Positions 1 through 9,086 of a stretch of DNA of 64,000 nucleotides are shown in pieces (the first letter of the stretch is position 1; every line of letters starts with the position of its first letter). The stretch is from positions 2,200-66,199 of the forward strand of contig JANMQV010000009.1 of the NCBI GenBank assembly GCA_031370645.1, given 5' to 3'. The notes under the pieces were generated by a model. That model had not been told where the DNA came from, ran no database searches, and worked only from the letters and a program-made list of their open reading frames with translations. The translations under genes and the position numbers were made by a program. This DNA is from Candidatus Eiseniibacteriota bacterium (lineage in GTDB: Bacteria; Eisenbacteria; RBG-16-71-46; SZUA-252).

Positions 1-1179
1 GGAACCGCGATCCAGATCACGGTCAAGGACGAGAATCCCGAAGTGGCCAGGGACCTGGCCTCGGCGATCGGCGATCTCCTTCTCCAGCGTAGCCTCCAGA
101 ATACGCTCGAGAAGGTTCAGGCACGCGGCGAGTTCAGCAAGGACCAGGTTGTCGTCCTCGAGGAGCGCGTCCATGAGGCGGAAGCCGCGCTCCGCAAGTT
201 CCAGGAGTCGCATCTCCGAACCACGATCACGGCGGGGATATCCTCCGAGCAGGAACTGCAGTCCGCGCAATCCTCCCGCCGATCGACCGGGGAAGAGATC
301 GCGCAGCTTCGAGCGCGAATCGGCGCCGCGAACGAAGAGTGGAGAAGTTCGGCTGGAGGCGTAACGCTCCCGATTCTCTCGAGTAGCCGGGCGACCGAAT
401 TGGGGGGCCAGCTCGTCCGTCACGAGGTGACGGGGGTCATGGCCCAATTGTCCGGCCGCGGTGACAAGACCGGGGAATCCGACGCGCTTCAAGGGCGGAT
501 CACCGCCACGCGCCAAGCACTATTCGTCGAGTTCGATCGACTCGCGCAGGAGCTGGACGCCGGATATTCGGCGGAACTACGGAATACGGCCGCGGGCATT
601 GCACTCGACCGCGCGGTGCTTCGCTCGCTCCAGTCGCGCGAGGGTCGTCTCGGGTCGGCGATCGGGGAGTATCTCTCGAACGTGCAGCGGGCGCCGCGCG
701 ACCAGCTGGAGCTCCAGACGCTCCAGGACAACTTGACGTCTGCTCGGACCCTTCTCTCGACCATGCGAAACGAGACGGTGTCGTCGGGCGTCTCGGAAGC
801 CCTCGCCACGAGCCAGATGGGGCCGCGTCTCGAAATCGTCGAGCACCCGCTCCTCCCGCTCCAGCCTTCGTCCATCGGCGCCCGAGCGACGTATGCCGTC
901 GCGGGATTCCTCGGATTGGTCATCGACGCGCTCATCATTTTCGCGGGTGAGCGTCTCGCGGCGGTCGTCCGCACGGTGGAGCAGGCCGAGGCGGAGTACG
1001 GGCTCCGCGTCGTCGGCGTCGTTCCGCGCATCGAGACGCGCCCGAAGCCGGGCGGGTATCTACGGAATCACTGGCCCAAGTTCGCCATTCTCGCGGTGCT
1101 GCTCGTTTCGGCCCTCGTCGTCGTCTTCGATGAGTTCGTTTTCCCTCACCCGACGAAGACCGGCCAGGTCCAGCGGTAG
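1..1179 (+). CDS. Polysaccharide chain-length determinant protein (Wzz/GumC-like, PEP-CTERM locus subfamily), 5'-truncated by the window edge
   Basis: The reading frame is open from base 1 (GTAIQITVKDENPEVARDLASAIGD...). It has a coiled-coil-rich periplasmic region and a C-terminal hydrophobic TM segment (FAILAVLLVSALVVVF). It sits immediately upstream of a BY-kinase, as in TIGR03007/TIGR03018 pairs. Confidence 0.7.
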   Translation, partial: GTAIQITVKDENPEVARDLASAIGDLLLQRSLQNTLEKVQARGEFSKDQVVVLEERVHEAEAALRKFQESHLRTTITAGISSEQELQSAQSSRRSTGEEIAQLRARIGAANEEWRSSAGGVTLPILSSSRATELGGQLVRHEVTGVMAQLSGRGDKTGESDALQGRITATRQALFVEFDRLAQELDAGYSAELRNTAAGIALDRAVLRSLQSREGRLGSAIGEYLSNVQRAPRDQLELQTLQDNLTSARTLLSTMRNETVSSGVSEALATSQMGPRLEIVEHPLLPLQPSSIGARATYAVAGFLGLVIDALIIFAGERLAAVVRTVEQAEAEYGLRVVGVVPRIETRPKPGGYLRNHWPKFAILAVLLVSALVVVFDEFVFPHPTKTGQVQR

Positions 1180-1194
1180 TCGACAGGAGCGGCC

Positions 1195-1977
1195 TTGTTC
1201 TTCGCGAAGCACGAGTCTCAGGATCTTCTCGACGGATTCCAGATCGACGCCCCCTATGTGACGGAGGTGCGGCGGCTTCTGCAGAATCTCGGCCGGCAGC
1301 GCGGCAACGAGAAGCTCGAGAGACAGGTGTACCTGGTGACCAGCGCGGCGCGCGACGAAGGGAAGAGCACCACGTGCGCGCTCATGGCCATCGTGGCGGC
1401 GCGGGTCTTTCGGCGGCGAACGTTGTTGATCGACGGCGACCTCCGGCGGCCCACGATTCACTCGCTCTTGCGCGTGGCGCGCGGCCCCGGGTTGCGGGAG
1501 ATTCTCGCCGGAACCGTATCGATCACGGACGCGACGCGGCCGACCGCGCTTCCGCTCCTCTCCGTGATTCCGAGGGGCGACTCGATCGTTCCGGCGAGCG
1601 AGGCGTATTCCGACGAGGTCTTCGCGGATTTGATCCGTGATTCCCGTGGACGTTACGATCTGATTCTCGTCGACGCGGCGCCGGTCGTACCGGTCATCGA
1701 GCCGATTCTCATGGCCGAGCATGTCGATGCCATTCTCGTGGTCGCGATGGCGGGGAAGACGCCCGTGACCGCGGTGCGACGATCGATGCAGATTCTCGCG
1801 CCCGTGGTTTCTAAGATCGCCGGCATCGTGCTCAACAACGCGATGAACGGTTTGCCCTACTACTACGACTACCGTTATTACGGCTACAAGGAACGCCGAC
1901 CCACACCCCTCGGCCAGTCGGACGAGCCGCGCGAGCGCGCGCCGTCACGCGATCGAGATTTCGAAGGAGACCGTTAG
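1195..1977 (+). CDS. Tyrosine-protein kinase (BY-kinase, CpsD/CapB-type; EPS/PEP-CTERM locus tyrosine autokinase)
   Basis: Walker A (ARDEGKSTT), Walker A' / B (LLIDGDLRRP, LILVDAAP) and a C-terminal tyrosine cluster (YYYDYRYYGYK). TTG start with an AGGAG RBS. Its stop overlaps the next start (TAGTG). Confidence 0.85.
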   Translation: MFFAKHESQDLLDGFQIDAPYVTEVRRLLQNLGRQRGNEKLERQVYLVTSAARDEGKSTTCALMAIVAARVFRRRTLLIDGDLRRPTIHSLLRVARGPGLREILAGTVSITDATRPTALPLLSVIPRGDSIVPASEAYSDEVFADLIRDSRGRYDLILVDAAPVVPVIEPILMAEHVDAILVVAMAGKTPVTAVRRSMQILAPVVSKIAGIVLNNAMNGLPYYYDYRYYGYKERRPTPLGQSDEPRERAPSRDRDFEGDR

Positions 1978-3305
1978 TGGCGCCCAGGAAACGATCGATG
2001 CCCCTTCTTCAGAAGTTCACTCGCCGTGTCGAGAACCGAAAGGCTCGGATCGGCGTTATCGGGCTCGGCTACGTCGGGCTTCCGCTGGCGGTCGAATTCG
2101 CGAAGGCCGGATTTTACGTGACCGGTTTCGACATCGACGCCAAACGCGTCGCGGCGCTGAACGCCGGACGCTCCTACATTCAGGACGTGCCGACCGGCGA
2201 ACTTCGCGACCTCGTCCGTTCGGGGCGCCTCACCGCGAGCGTGGAATCCGACGCGCTCCGGCAGATGGACGCGATCGAGATTTGCGTTCCGACACCGCTC
2301 CGGAAAACGCGCGACCCCGACGTTTCCTACATCATCGCGTCCGTCCAGGAGATCGCGCCCCGGCTTCGGAAGGGGGCGCTCGTCGTGCTCGAGAGCACGA
2401 CCTACCCGGGCACGACGGATGAGTTGGTACGCCCGATGCTCGAGGAGGGCGGGATGCGGGCCGGCAAGGACTTCTTCCTCGCCTTCTCGCCCGAGCGCGT
2501 CGATCCGGGGAATCCGAAGTACCACACGCGAAACATTCCGAAAGTGACGGGCGGGCACACCCCGGACTGCAGCACCGCGGTGTCGACGCTCTACGCCCAG
2601 ATCTTCGACCAAGTCGTGCCGGTCTCGTCCACCCAGGTGGCCGAGACGGTCAAGCTGCTCGAGAACACGTTCCGAAGCGTGAACATCGGCCTCGTGAACG
2701 AAATGGCGCTCATGTGCGACAAGCTCAACATCGACGTCTGGGAGGTCATCGACGCCGCCTCCACGAAGCCGTTTGGATTCATGCCGTTCTATCCCGGTCC
2801 GGGGCTCGGCGGGCACTGCATTCCGATCGATCCGTTCTACCTCTCATGGAAGGCCCGCCAGAGCGGGTTCGAGGCGCGTTTCATCGAACTCGCCGGGCAG
2901 GTGAACGGGAGCATGCCGTACCACGCGGCGCGCCTCGTCTCCGACGCGTTGAACTCGAAGCGCCGGTCGATCCGGGGCGCCCATGTGTTGATCCTCGGCA
3001 TGGCGTACAAGGCCGACATCGACGACGTGCGCGAGTCGCCGTCGCTCGACGTCATGGAAATCCTCGAGAAGGAAGGGGCTCGCGTCTCGTTCTGCGATCC
3101 CTATGTTCCGTCGATCCGTCACGGGGGAAGCGTGAAGAAGTCGTTGCCGTTCCGGGCGAGCACGCTCCGAGCGGCCGACTGCGTCATCATCGCGACCGCG
3201 CACAAGGTGTTCGACTACGCCCTCGTCTCGCGACATGCGCGGACCGTCGTCGACTGCCGAAACGCCCTCAAGGGCCGCCGCACGCGCGGCGTGTTCCGGA
3301 TCTAG
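1977..3305 (+). CDS. UDP-N-acetyl-D-glucosamine/mannosamine 6-dehydrogenase family (nucleotide-sugar dehydrogenase, WecC/WbpA/Cap5O-like)
   Basis: N-terminal Rossmann fold (IGVIGLGYVGLPLAVEFA), a catalytic Cys region (GGHCIP) and typical UDPG_MGDP_dh central and C-terminal domains. GTG start 9 nt after GAAGGAGA. Confidence 0.8.
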   Translation: MAPRKRSMPLLQKFTRRVENRKARIGVIGLGYVGLPLAVEFAKAGFYVTGFDIDAKRVAALNAGRSYIQDVPTGELRDLVRSGRLTASVESDALRQMDAIEICVPTPLRKTRDPDVSYIIASVQEIAPRLRKGALVVLESTTYPGTTDELVRPMLEEGGMRAGKDFFLAFSPERVDPGNPKYHTRNIPKVTGGHTPDCSTAVSTLYAQIFDQVVPVSSTQVAETVKLLENTFRSVNIGLVNEMALMCDKLNIDVWEVIDAASTKPFGFMPFYPGPGLGGHCIPIDPFYLSWKARQSGFEARFIELAGQVNGSMPYHAARLVSDALNSKRRSIRGAHVLILGMAYKADIDDVRESPSLDVMEILEKEGARVSFCDPYVPSIRHGGSVKKSLPFRASTLRAADCVIIATAHKVFDYALVSRHARTVVDCRNALKGRRTRGVFRI

Positions 3306-3308
3306 TCC

Positions 3309-4256
3309 GTGGGACTTCGTCTCGTCACGGGGGGCGCCGGTTTCATCGGTTCGCACGTCGCCGCTCGGCTCCTGGAGGACGGCCACCGGGTGAGGGTTCT
3401 CGACAACCTTTCCACCGGCCGGCAGTCGAACCTCGATTTCCTGCAGCGCACCTACGGAGAGCGATTCGAGCCGATTCTCGGTGACATCCGGGATCGAGAC
3501 GTCTGCCGCAGGGCCTGCGACGGAGTCGAGTTCGTCTTCCATCAGGCCGCGCTGGCGTCCGTCCAGCGCTCCATCGAAAACCCAGCCGACAGCACGGCAG
3601 TGAACGTGCTCGGCACCGTGAACGTCTTCACGGCGGCACGCGAGGCCGGCGTACGCCGGGTGGTCGCGGCGAGTTCCTCCTCCGTTTACGGCGACACGCC
3701 GACCTTGCCGAAGCACGAGGAGATGCCGACCTTGCCCCGCTCGCCCTATGCGGCGAACAAGCTCGCGGGGGAACACATGGCGCGAGTCTTCGCCGGAACG
3801 ATGGGGCTCGAGACCGTCTCGCTTCGCTACTTCAACGTTTTCGGCCCCCGGCAGGACCCGAACTCCGCCTACGCGGCCGTGATTCCGCTCTTCATCACCG
3901 CGTTGATGACAGGGGATCGCCCTACGATCTTCGGCGACGGCACGCAGAGCCGCGACTTCACGTATATCGACAACGTGGTCGACGCCAACCTTCGCGCGTC
4001 GACGTGCGCCGATGGAACGGGGGAGGCGGTGAACGTGGCGTGCGGCGATCGTTTCTCGCTCCTCGATCTTCTCGACCAACTGGGGCGAATCATCGGAAAG
4101 AAGGCGGACCCGCAGTTCCTTCCGCCTCGCGCGGGCGACGTACTCCACTCCCAGGCATCCATCGAGAAGGCGCGGCGCCTGTTCGGCTTCCAGCCCGGGA
4201 TCGGGTTCGAGGAAGGCCTTCGGCGGACCGTCGAGCACTTCCGCCTTGAGCGCTGA
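3309..4256 (+). CDS. NAD-dependent nucleotide-sugar epimerase/dehydratase (GalE/WbpP-like extended SDR)
   Basis: GGAGFIGSH Rossmann motif, an SSS..YG motif and the catalytic YxxxK (YAANKLAGE). Confidence 0.8.
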   Translation: MGLRLVTGGAGFIGSHVAARLLEDGHRVRVLDNLSTGRQSNLDFLQRTYGERFEPILGDIRDRDVCRRACDGVEFVFHQAALASVQRSIENPADSTAVNVLGTVNVFTAAREAGVRRVVAASSSSVYGDTPTLPKHEEMPTLPRSPYAANKLAGEHMARVFAGTMGLETVSLRYFNVFGPRQDPNSAYAAVIPLFITALMTGDRPTIFGDGTQSRDFTYIDNVVDANLRASTCADGTGEAVNVACGDRFSLLDLLDQLGRIIGKKADPQFLPPRAGDVLHSQASIEKARRLFGFQPGIGFEEGLRRTVEHFRLER

Positions 4257-5319
4257 CGGGGGCGCATCGCTCGGACTCACCGGGAAGCCGTCCGAACTCG
4301 AGATCGAAACGGCCGCTGACCCCGGCGCGGAATGGGACGAATTCGCGGCGGGGCGCCCTGACGCGACGCTGTTCCATCGCTCCGGCTGGCAGCGGGCGGT
4401 TCGCCGGACCTTTGGATACCGCTCCCACTGCCTCGTCGCCCGCCGCGGCGGCCGAATCGCAGGAATCCTTCCACTCTTCGCCGTCCCGACGCTCCCCTGG
4501 GGCCGCGCGCTCGTGTCCGCGCCGCAGGCCGTCTACGGAGGACCGGTCGCCACGGATCCTGCCGCGCTCGACGCGCTTCTAGGCCGGGCCAAAGAGATCG
4601 GCGAGAGCCTCGGCGCCCGCTATATCGAGTTCCGAAACGTTTCTCCCCTCGCGGATCTCCCCGGCAAGGATCTCTACGTGACGTTCCGGAAGCCGATTCT
4701 CTCGACGAGCGATGAGAACATGGCCGCGATTCCAAGGAATCAGCGCCGCAGCATCCGGATCGCCATGAAAAATGGGCTCACCTACGAGGTCGGCAGGGAG
4801 GAGCACTTCGACGCGTTCTACGATCTCTACTCCCAGAGCGTTCGAAATCTTGGAACGCCGGTCTTTCCACGAAGCCTCTTCCGGAATCTGCTCGAAGAGT
4901 TCGGCGCCAATGGAAAGATTCTCCTCGTCCGCCGGGATGGACGCCCCGCGGCGGCCGTGCTCACGTTCTTCTATCGCGACGAGGTGCTCCCGTACTACGG
5001 CGGCGCGCGGCGTGAGGAGTTCCGGTACGCCGTGAACGACTTCATGTACTGGAGTCTTCTCTGTTACGGCATGGAGCAGGGCTACAAAGTCTTCGACTTC
5101 GGCCGGAGCAAGAAGGGGAGCGGATCGTACGATTTCAAACGCCACTGGGGCTTCGAACCGACCCCGCTCCATTATCAATACCAACTCGTGCGGCAGCGGT
5201 CGCTCCCCGACCTGAGCCCGCGAAATCGCAACTTCTCGGTCGCGATCGAAATGTGGAAGCGGACGCCCCTCTGGCTCTCGCGGCGGATCGGCCCCGCGCT
5301 CGTGCGGTATTTCCCGTGA
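4246..5319 (+). CDS. FemAB-family protein, PEP-CTERM system-associated (TIGR03019-like)
   Basis: FemAB/GNAT-fold signature (FHRSGWQRAV, RYAVNDFMYWSLL, YDFKRHWGF). It overlaps the upstream stop by 11 nt, so the true start may be a few codons downstream. Confidence 0.7.
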   Translation: MSADGGASLGLTGKPSELEIETAADPGAEWDEFAAGRPDATLFHRSGWQRAVRRTFGYRSHCLVARRGGRIAGILPLFAVPTLPWGRALVSAPQAVYGGPVATDPAALDALLGRAKEIGESLGARYIEFRNVSPLADLPGKDLYVTFRKPILSTSDENMAAIPRNQRRSIRIAMKNGLTYEVGREEHFDAFYDLYSQSVRNLGTPVFPRSLFRNLLEEFGANGKILLVRRDGRPAAAVLTFFYRDEVLPYYGGARREEFRYAVNDFMYWSLLCYGMEQGYKVFDFGRSKKGSGSYDFKRHWGFEPTPLHYQYQLVRQRSLPDLSPRNRNFSVAIEMWKRTPLWLSRRIGPALVRYFP

Positions 5320-6518
5320 GGATTCTCTTTCTCTCGAACCGGGTGCCCTACCCGCCCACGAAGGGCGAAAAGATCCGCTCGTATCACGAGATCGCCGAAT
5401 TGTCGCGGCGGCACGAGGTCCATCTCGTCACGATGGCGGACGCGGGGATCGACGAGGAGTCCGTGGCGTTCCTCGGAAAGCAGTGCGCCTCCGTCGGCGT
5501 TGCCTATCGCTCTCGATACGCAGCGGGGTTTTCGGCGTTTGGCGCGTTAACCTCCGGACGCCCCCTCTCCATCGCCGCATTCGATTCGCGATCCTTTCGG
5601 AATCTCGTCGTGGAGCGTGTTCGCTCCACTCGCCCCGACATCCTCTTCGCCTATACGGCGGCCGTGGCGCCCAGCCTCGAAGGGTTGTCGGGGACGCCGC
5701 GGGTGATCGACTTCGTCGACGCCGACTCCGAGAAATATCGCGTCTACAGCCGCCGGCGGGGATTCCCTCAGTCGCTGCTCTACGCCTTCGAAGCGAACCG
5801 ACTCGCGCGCTACGAGGGGCGCCTCGCGTCGGAGTTCGACGCGTCGATTGTCGTCACGGCGGCCGAGGCCGAGATCGTTCGGCGGCACTCGCCATCGAGC
5901 CATCCGGTGGTGCTACCGAATGGCGTCGACCTCGAGCTTTTCCGGCCGTCGCCGGACGCCGAGCGCCCACCGAAGCCGAACATCGTCTTCACCGGCGTGA
6001 TGGGGTATTACCCGAATGTCGACGCCGTCACGTACTTCGCGCGCGACGTGATGCCGCACCTTCGCGCGCAGGTTCCGGAGGCGCAGTTTCTCATCGTGGG
6101 GCGAGATCCGGTGGGAGCCGTGCGCCGGCTGGCGGATCTCCCGGGCGTCGTCGTGACGGGCACCGTTCCGGACGTCCGCCCCTATCTCGCCGACGCGGCC
6201 CTCGCTGTCGCTCCCTTTCGGATCGCGCGCGGCGTCCAGAACAAGGTCCTCGAGGCGATGGCATCCGGCCTTCCCGTTGTCGGGACGAGTCTCGCGTTTC
6301 AGGGCCTTGCGGCGAGTGCGGCAGACGGCGTTCGAATGGCCGATTCGCCCGACACGCTGGCGACGGCGGTGGCGACTCTGCTGCGGAACGAAGGGGAGCG
6401 GCGGGAGTGCGGACGCCACGCGCGCCTCTTCGTCGAACGCCACCATCATTGGGGGCGCTTCGGGGAAAAACTGGAAGGGCTTCTCACGGATCTGGTCGCC
6501 AGGCGGTCCGTACGATGA
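5316..6518 (+). CDS. GT4 glycosyltransferase, PEP-CTERM/EpsH1 system-associated sugar transferase family (TIGR03087-like)
   Basis: Begins (V)RILFLSNRVPYPPTKGEKIRSYHEI, the hallmark N-terminus of this family. C-terminal GT1 motif (EAMASGLPVVGT). GTG start overlapping the upstream TGA (GTGA). Confidence 0.75.
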   Translation: MRILFLSNRVPYPPTKGEKIRSYHEIAELSRRHEVHLVTMADAGIDEESVAFLGKQCASVGVAYRSRYAAGFSAFGALTSGRPLSIAAFDSRSFRNLVVERVRSTRPDILFAYTAAVAPSLEGLSGTPRVIDFVDADSEKYRVYSRRRGFPQSLLYAFEANRLARYEGRLASEFDASIVVTAAEAEIVRRHSPSSHPVVLPNGVDLELFRPSPDAERPPKPNIVFTGVMGYYPNVDAVTYFARDVMPHLRAQVPEAQFLIVGRDPVGAVRRLADLPGVVVTGTVPDVRPYLADAALAVAPFRIARGVQNKVLEAMASGLPVVGTSLAFQGLAASAADGVRMADSPDTLATAVATLLRNEGERRECGRHARLFVERHHHWGRFGEKLEGLLTDLVARRSVR

Positions 6519-6647
6519 CCAGAAATAGCGTTCGCGTCGCCCGTGGCGCCTGGTATGCTAGATGCCGATGAAATCGACACTTGAGCGCGATGCCTTCGCG
6601 AATCGCCACCTCGGAGCGCCTTCACGAATGAACTCGATCGAGCGCGC

Positions 6648-7556
6648 ATGACGCACCCGGCGCCAACCACGGAGTCCGCAGCGGCCGTGACGCCGCGCGT
6701 CTCCATTCTCGGCGATCTGACCGATATCGCGCGCGACTTTTGGCATTATCGCGACCTCCTCTACCAGGTGACGCTTCGCGACATCCGCATCCGCTACAAG
6801 CAAGCGGTCATGGGATTCGGCTGGGCGCTCCTCATGCCGGCGTTGGTCGTTCTCGCCGGGCTCCTCATCAAGATCGCCATGGCCAGTTTTGCGGGGAAGG
6901 CGATCCAATCGACCGATATCGCGAGCGTGATGGTGAAGGCCATCCCGTGGGCGTTCTTCGTCGGCGCGATCGGCTTCTCGGCGGCGAGCCTTCTCTCCAA
7001 TATCCAACTGGTCACGAAGGTTTACCTTCCTCGAGAGGTGTTCCCGGTCGCCGCGACGATCGCCCAAGCATTCGACACCTTGATCGGCGCGACAGTGGCG
7101 ACAATCGTGCTCCCGTTCATGGGTGTGACCTTCTCGTGGACCCTGGCGTGGGTGCCGGTCTTGGCGCTCCTTCTCTTTCTATTCACGACGGCTGTCGGGC
7201 TCTTTCTCAGTTGCGCGAATCTCTTCTTCCGAGACGTGAAGTACATCGTGCAGGTTCTACTCACTTTTGGGATTTTCTTCACTCCCGTGCTGTTCGACGC
7301 GTCGATGTTCGGAGCTAAGGGTTCGGTGCTCGTGATGCTCAATCCGCTCTCGCCCTTTCTCGAGGGGCTCCGACTCTGCATCGTGAAGCACCACGATCTC
7401 CTACAGGTACTCACGATCGTGAACGCCGCGGGACAGACCATCCTGGTCTGGAGCCCCTGGTACCTGCTTGCCGCCTTCGTCTGGAGCGTCGGAGGATTCC
7501 TTGCCGCCTCGCTCTACTTCCACCGTCTCGAGTTCGTGTTCGCCGAGTACATCTAG
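6648..7556 (+). CDS. wzm: ABC-2 type polysaccharide export permease (Wzm/TagG/KpsM family)
   Basis: ABC-2 signature (DIRIRYKQAVMGFGWALLMP) and six predicted TM helices. It is immediately upstream of an ATPase. Confidence 0.8.
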   Translation: MTHPAPTTESAAAVTPRVSILGDLTDIARDFWHYRDLLYQVTLRDIRIRYKQAVMGFGWALLMPALVVLAGLLIKIAMASFAGKAIQSTDIASVMVKAIPWAFFVGAIGFSAASLLSNIQLVTKVYLPREVFPVAATIAQAFDTLIGATVATIVLPFMGVTFSWTLAWVPVLALLLFLFTTAVGLFLSCANLFFRDVKYIVQVLLTFGIFFTPVLFDASMFGAKGSVLVMLNPLSPFLEGLRLCIVKHHDLLQVLTIVNAAGQTILVWSPWYLLAAFVWSVGGFLAASLYFHRLEFVFAEYI

Positions 7557-7597
7557 CCGCGTGAGCGCGCGAACGAACAGGAACGGGGAATAAGCCC

Positions 7598-8821
7598 ATG
7601 AGCGAGTACGCCATCGAAGTCGCCGATGTCTGGAAGAAGTTCCATCGCGGCGCGATCCACGACAGTTTGCGGGACCTGGTCCCGGCGGTGGCGAAGCGAC
7701 TCGTCGGCCGCGGCCCCAAGCCGGCCGAGCTCGAGAAGGGCGATTTCTGGGCGCTCCGTGAAGTGACCTTCCAGGTGAAGCCGGGGGAAGCGCTCGGGAT
7801 CATCGGGCCGAACGGCGCCGGCAAGTCGACGATGCTGAAGGTCCTCACGAAGATCCTGCGTCCGACGCGCGGGAGTTGCATCGTGCGCGGTCGCGTGGGC
7901 GCGCTGATCGAGGTCGCAGCCGGTTTCCATCCCGATCTGACGGGAATGGAAAACATCTTCCTTCAGGGCGCGATCATGGGGATGCGCTCGGCGGAAATCG
8001 CCCGGAAAGTCGACGAGATCGTGGCGTTTGCTGGCGTCTCTGACTTCATCGACACGCCGGTGAAGCGTTATTCCTCTGGCATGCACGCGCGCCTCGGATT
8101 CTCGGTCGCGGCGCATCTCGACCCCGATGTGCTCCTGATCGACGAAGTTCTTTCGGTTGGGGACATGGCGTTTCAGGAGCGCTGCATCGAGCGCATGAAA
8201 CAGTTCAAGCGCCAGGGTGTGGCCATCGCCTTCGTCTCGCACAACATGCAGGCCGTGGCCGAGCTCTGCGATACGGGAGTCTACCTCTCCAGCACCGTCC
8301 GGGAAATCGGCACGGCCAATCAGGCGATCGGCACCTACGTCCGCTCCGTCTCTCAACAGACCGCATCCCCGAAGGGGGCCGCGATCGACATCGTGAAGGC
8401 GGAGTTGATCGACGAAGCGGGGGAGCCCGCCGTGAACGTGAGCCCCGGCGCGCCGTTGACGCTCCGCGTCACCTATCAGGTGCAAAAGCCGACCAAGGAA
8501 TACCATATGCGGTTTATTCTCTATCGCTCGACGGACGGCCTGAAGGTATTCGACGGAAATCTTCGAAGCGACGAGCTCGGACTGGACTCGGTCCAGGCAG
8601 GGGAGCGCTTCACGATCGATTTCAAATTCCGAGCGCACCTTGTCCGGGGGCAGTATCACATCGCCACCTGGGTCTTCGACAACCCGACGCTGGCGCCGAT
8701 CTCGCACCTGGTCCCCTGCGGTCTCTTCGCCGTCAGCGAGACGAGGACATACGGGGGAGGGGTCGCCGACCTCGAACTCACGTGCGGCGGCGTGGGACGG
8801 TCGGCCCCGGTTCGCGTCTAA
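7598..8821 (+). CDS. wzt: ABC transporter ATP-binding protein for polysaccharide export (Wzt/TagH family) with C-terminal substrate-binding beta-sandwich extension
   Basis: Walker A (GPNGAGKST), signature (YSSGMHARLGF), Walker B (LLIDEV) and an H-loop (SHN). It carries a roughly 150-aa C-terminal extension, as in Wzt carbohydrate-binding domains. Confidence 0.85.
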   Translation: MSEYAIEVADVWKKFHRGAIHDSLRDLVPAVAKRLVGRGPKPAELEKGDFWALREVTFQVKPGEALGIIGPNGAGKSTMLKVLTKILRPTRGSCIVRGRVGALIEVAAGFHPDLTGMENIFLQGAIMGMRSAEIARKVDEIVAFAGVSDFIDTPVKRYSSGMHARLGFSVAAHLDPDVLLIDEVLSVGDMAFQERCIERMKQFKRQGVAIAFVSHNMQAVAELCDTGVYLSSTVREIGTANQAIGTYVRSVSQQTASPKGAAIDIVKAELIDEAGEPAVNVSPGAPLTLRVTYQVQKPTKEYHMRFILYRSTDGLKVFDGNLRSDELGLDSVQAGERFTIDFKFRAHLVRGQYHIATWVFDNPTLAPISHLVPCGLFAVSETRTYGGGVADLELTCGGVGRSAPVRV

Positions 8822-9015
8822 CGCTTAGCCGGCCTCGGTCCGCCGGCGGCCAAATGTCGACGAGGTAGAGCCTCATTGGGGGCCCGAAACCTGCTATGAT
8901 TGAGGTTGAAGTGTCGCCCGTAGGTGAAACGTGGACCTTAGTTTAGGCCAGCAGCGCTCGCGAAGCGCCGACCCCGATCGAGCGACCCCTGGCCGGGCCC
9001 TTTCCAAGCCCGCCG

Positions 9016-9032
9016 TGGCGCGAAGCTTGCAA
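9016..9032 (+). promoter_or_regulatory. Candidate sigma54 (RpoN) promoter, TGGCGCG-N4-TTGCAA, about 55 nt upstream of the epimerase-rfbF operon
   Basis: GG and GC dinucleotides with exact -24/-12 spacing. It matches TGGCAC-N5-TTGCW at 10 of 11 consensus positions. It lies in a 265-bp intergenic region, and a sigma54-dependent activator (PrsR) is encoded in the same window. Confidence 0.4.
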
Positions 9033-9086
9033 CCTCACTCCCCGGTTCGACCCGGAAGCGTTTCTCCCATCGTAAAGGGCGCCTGA

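Noticed and set aside
7553-8707. Long antisense ORFs overlapping well-supported genes (e.g. 489-1031-, 2844-4280-, 7553-8707-, 12080-13384-, 14787-16394+, 22171-23229+, 23376-25490+, 28147-29190-, 32562-34277-, 60138-61607+)
   Set aside because: They are typical shadow ORFs in a roughly 70 % GC genome. Their translations are Arg/Gly/Pro/Ala-rich with no motifs, while the opposite-strand genes have clear family signatures.
8985-9060. Possible tRNA (GGTTCGA T-loop-like string near 9044)
   Set aside because: No cloverleaf can be formed: the T-stem is 4 bp with a 6-nt loop, and there is no acceptor or anticodon arm. The region is better explained by the sigma54 promoter.
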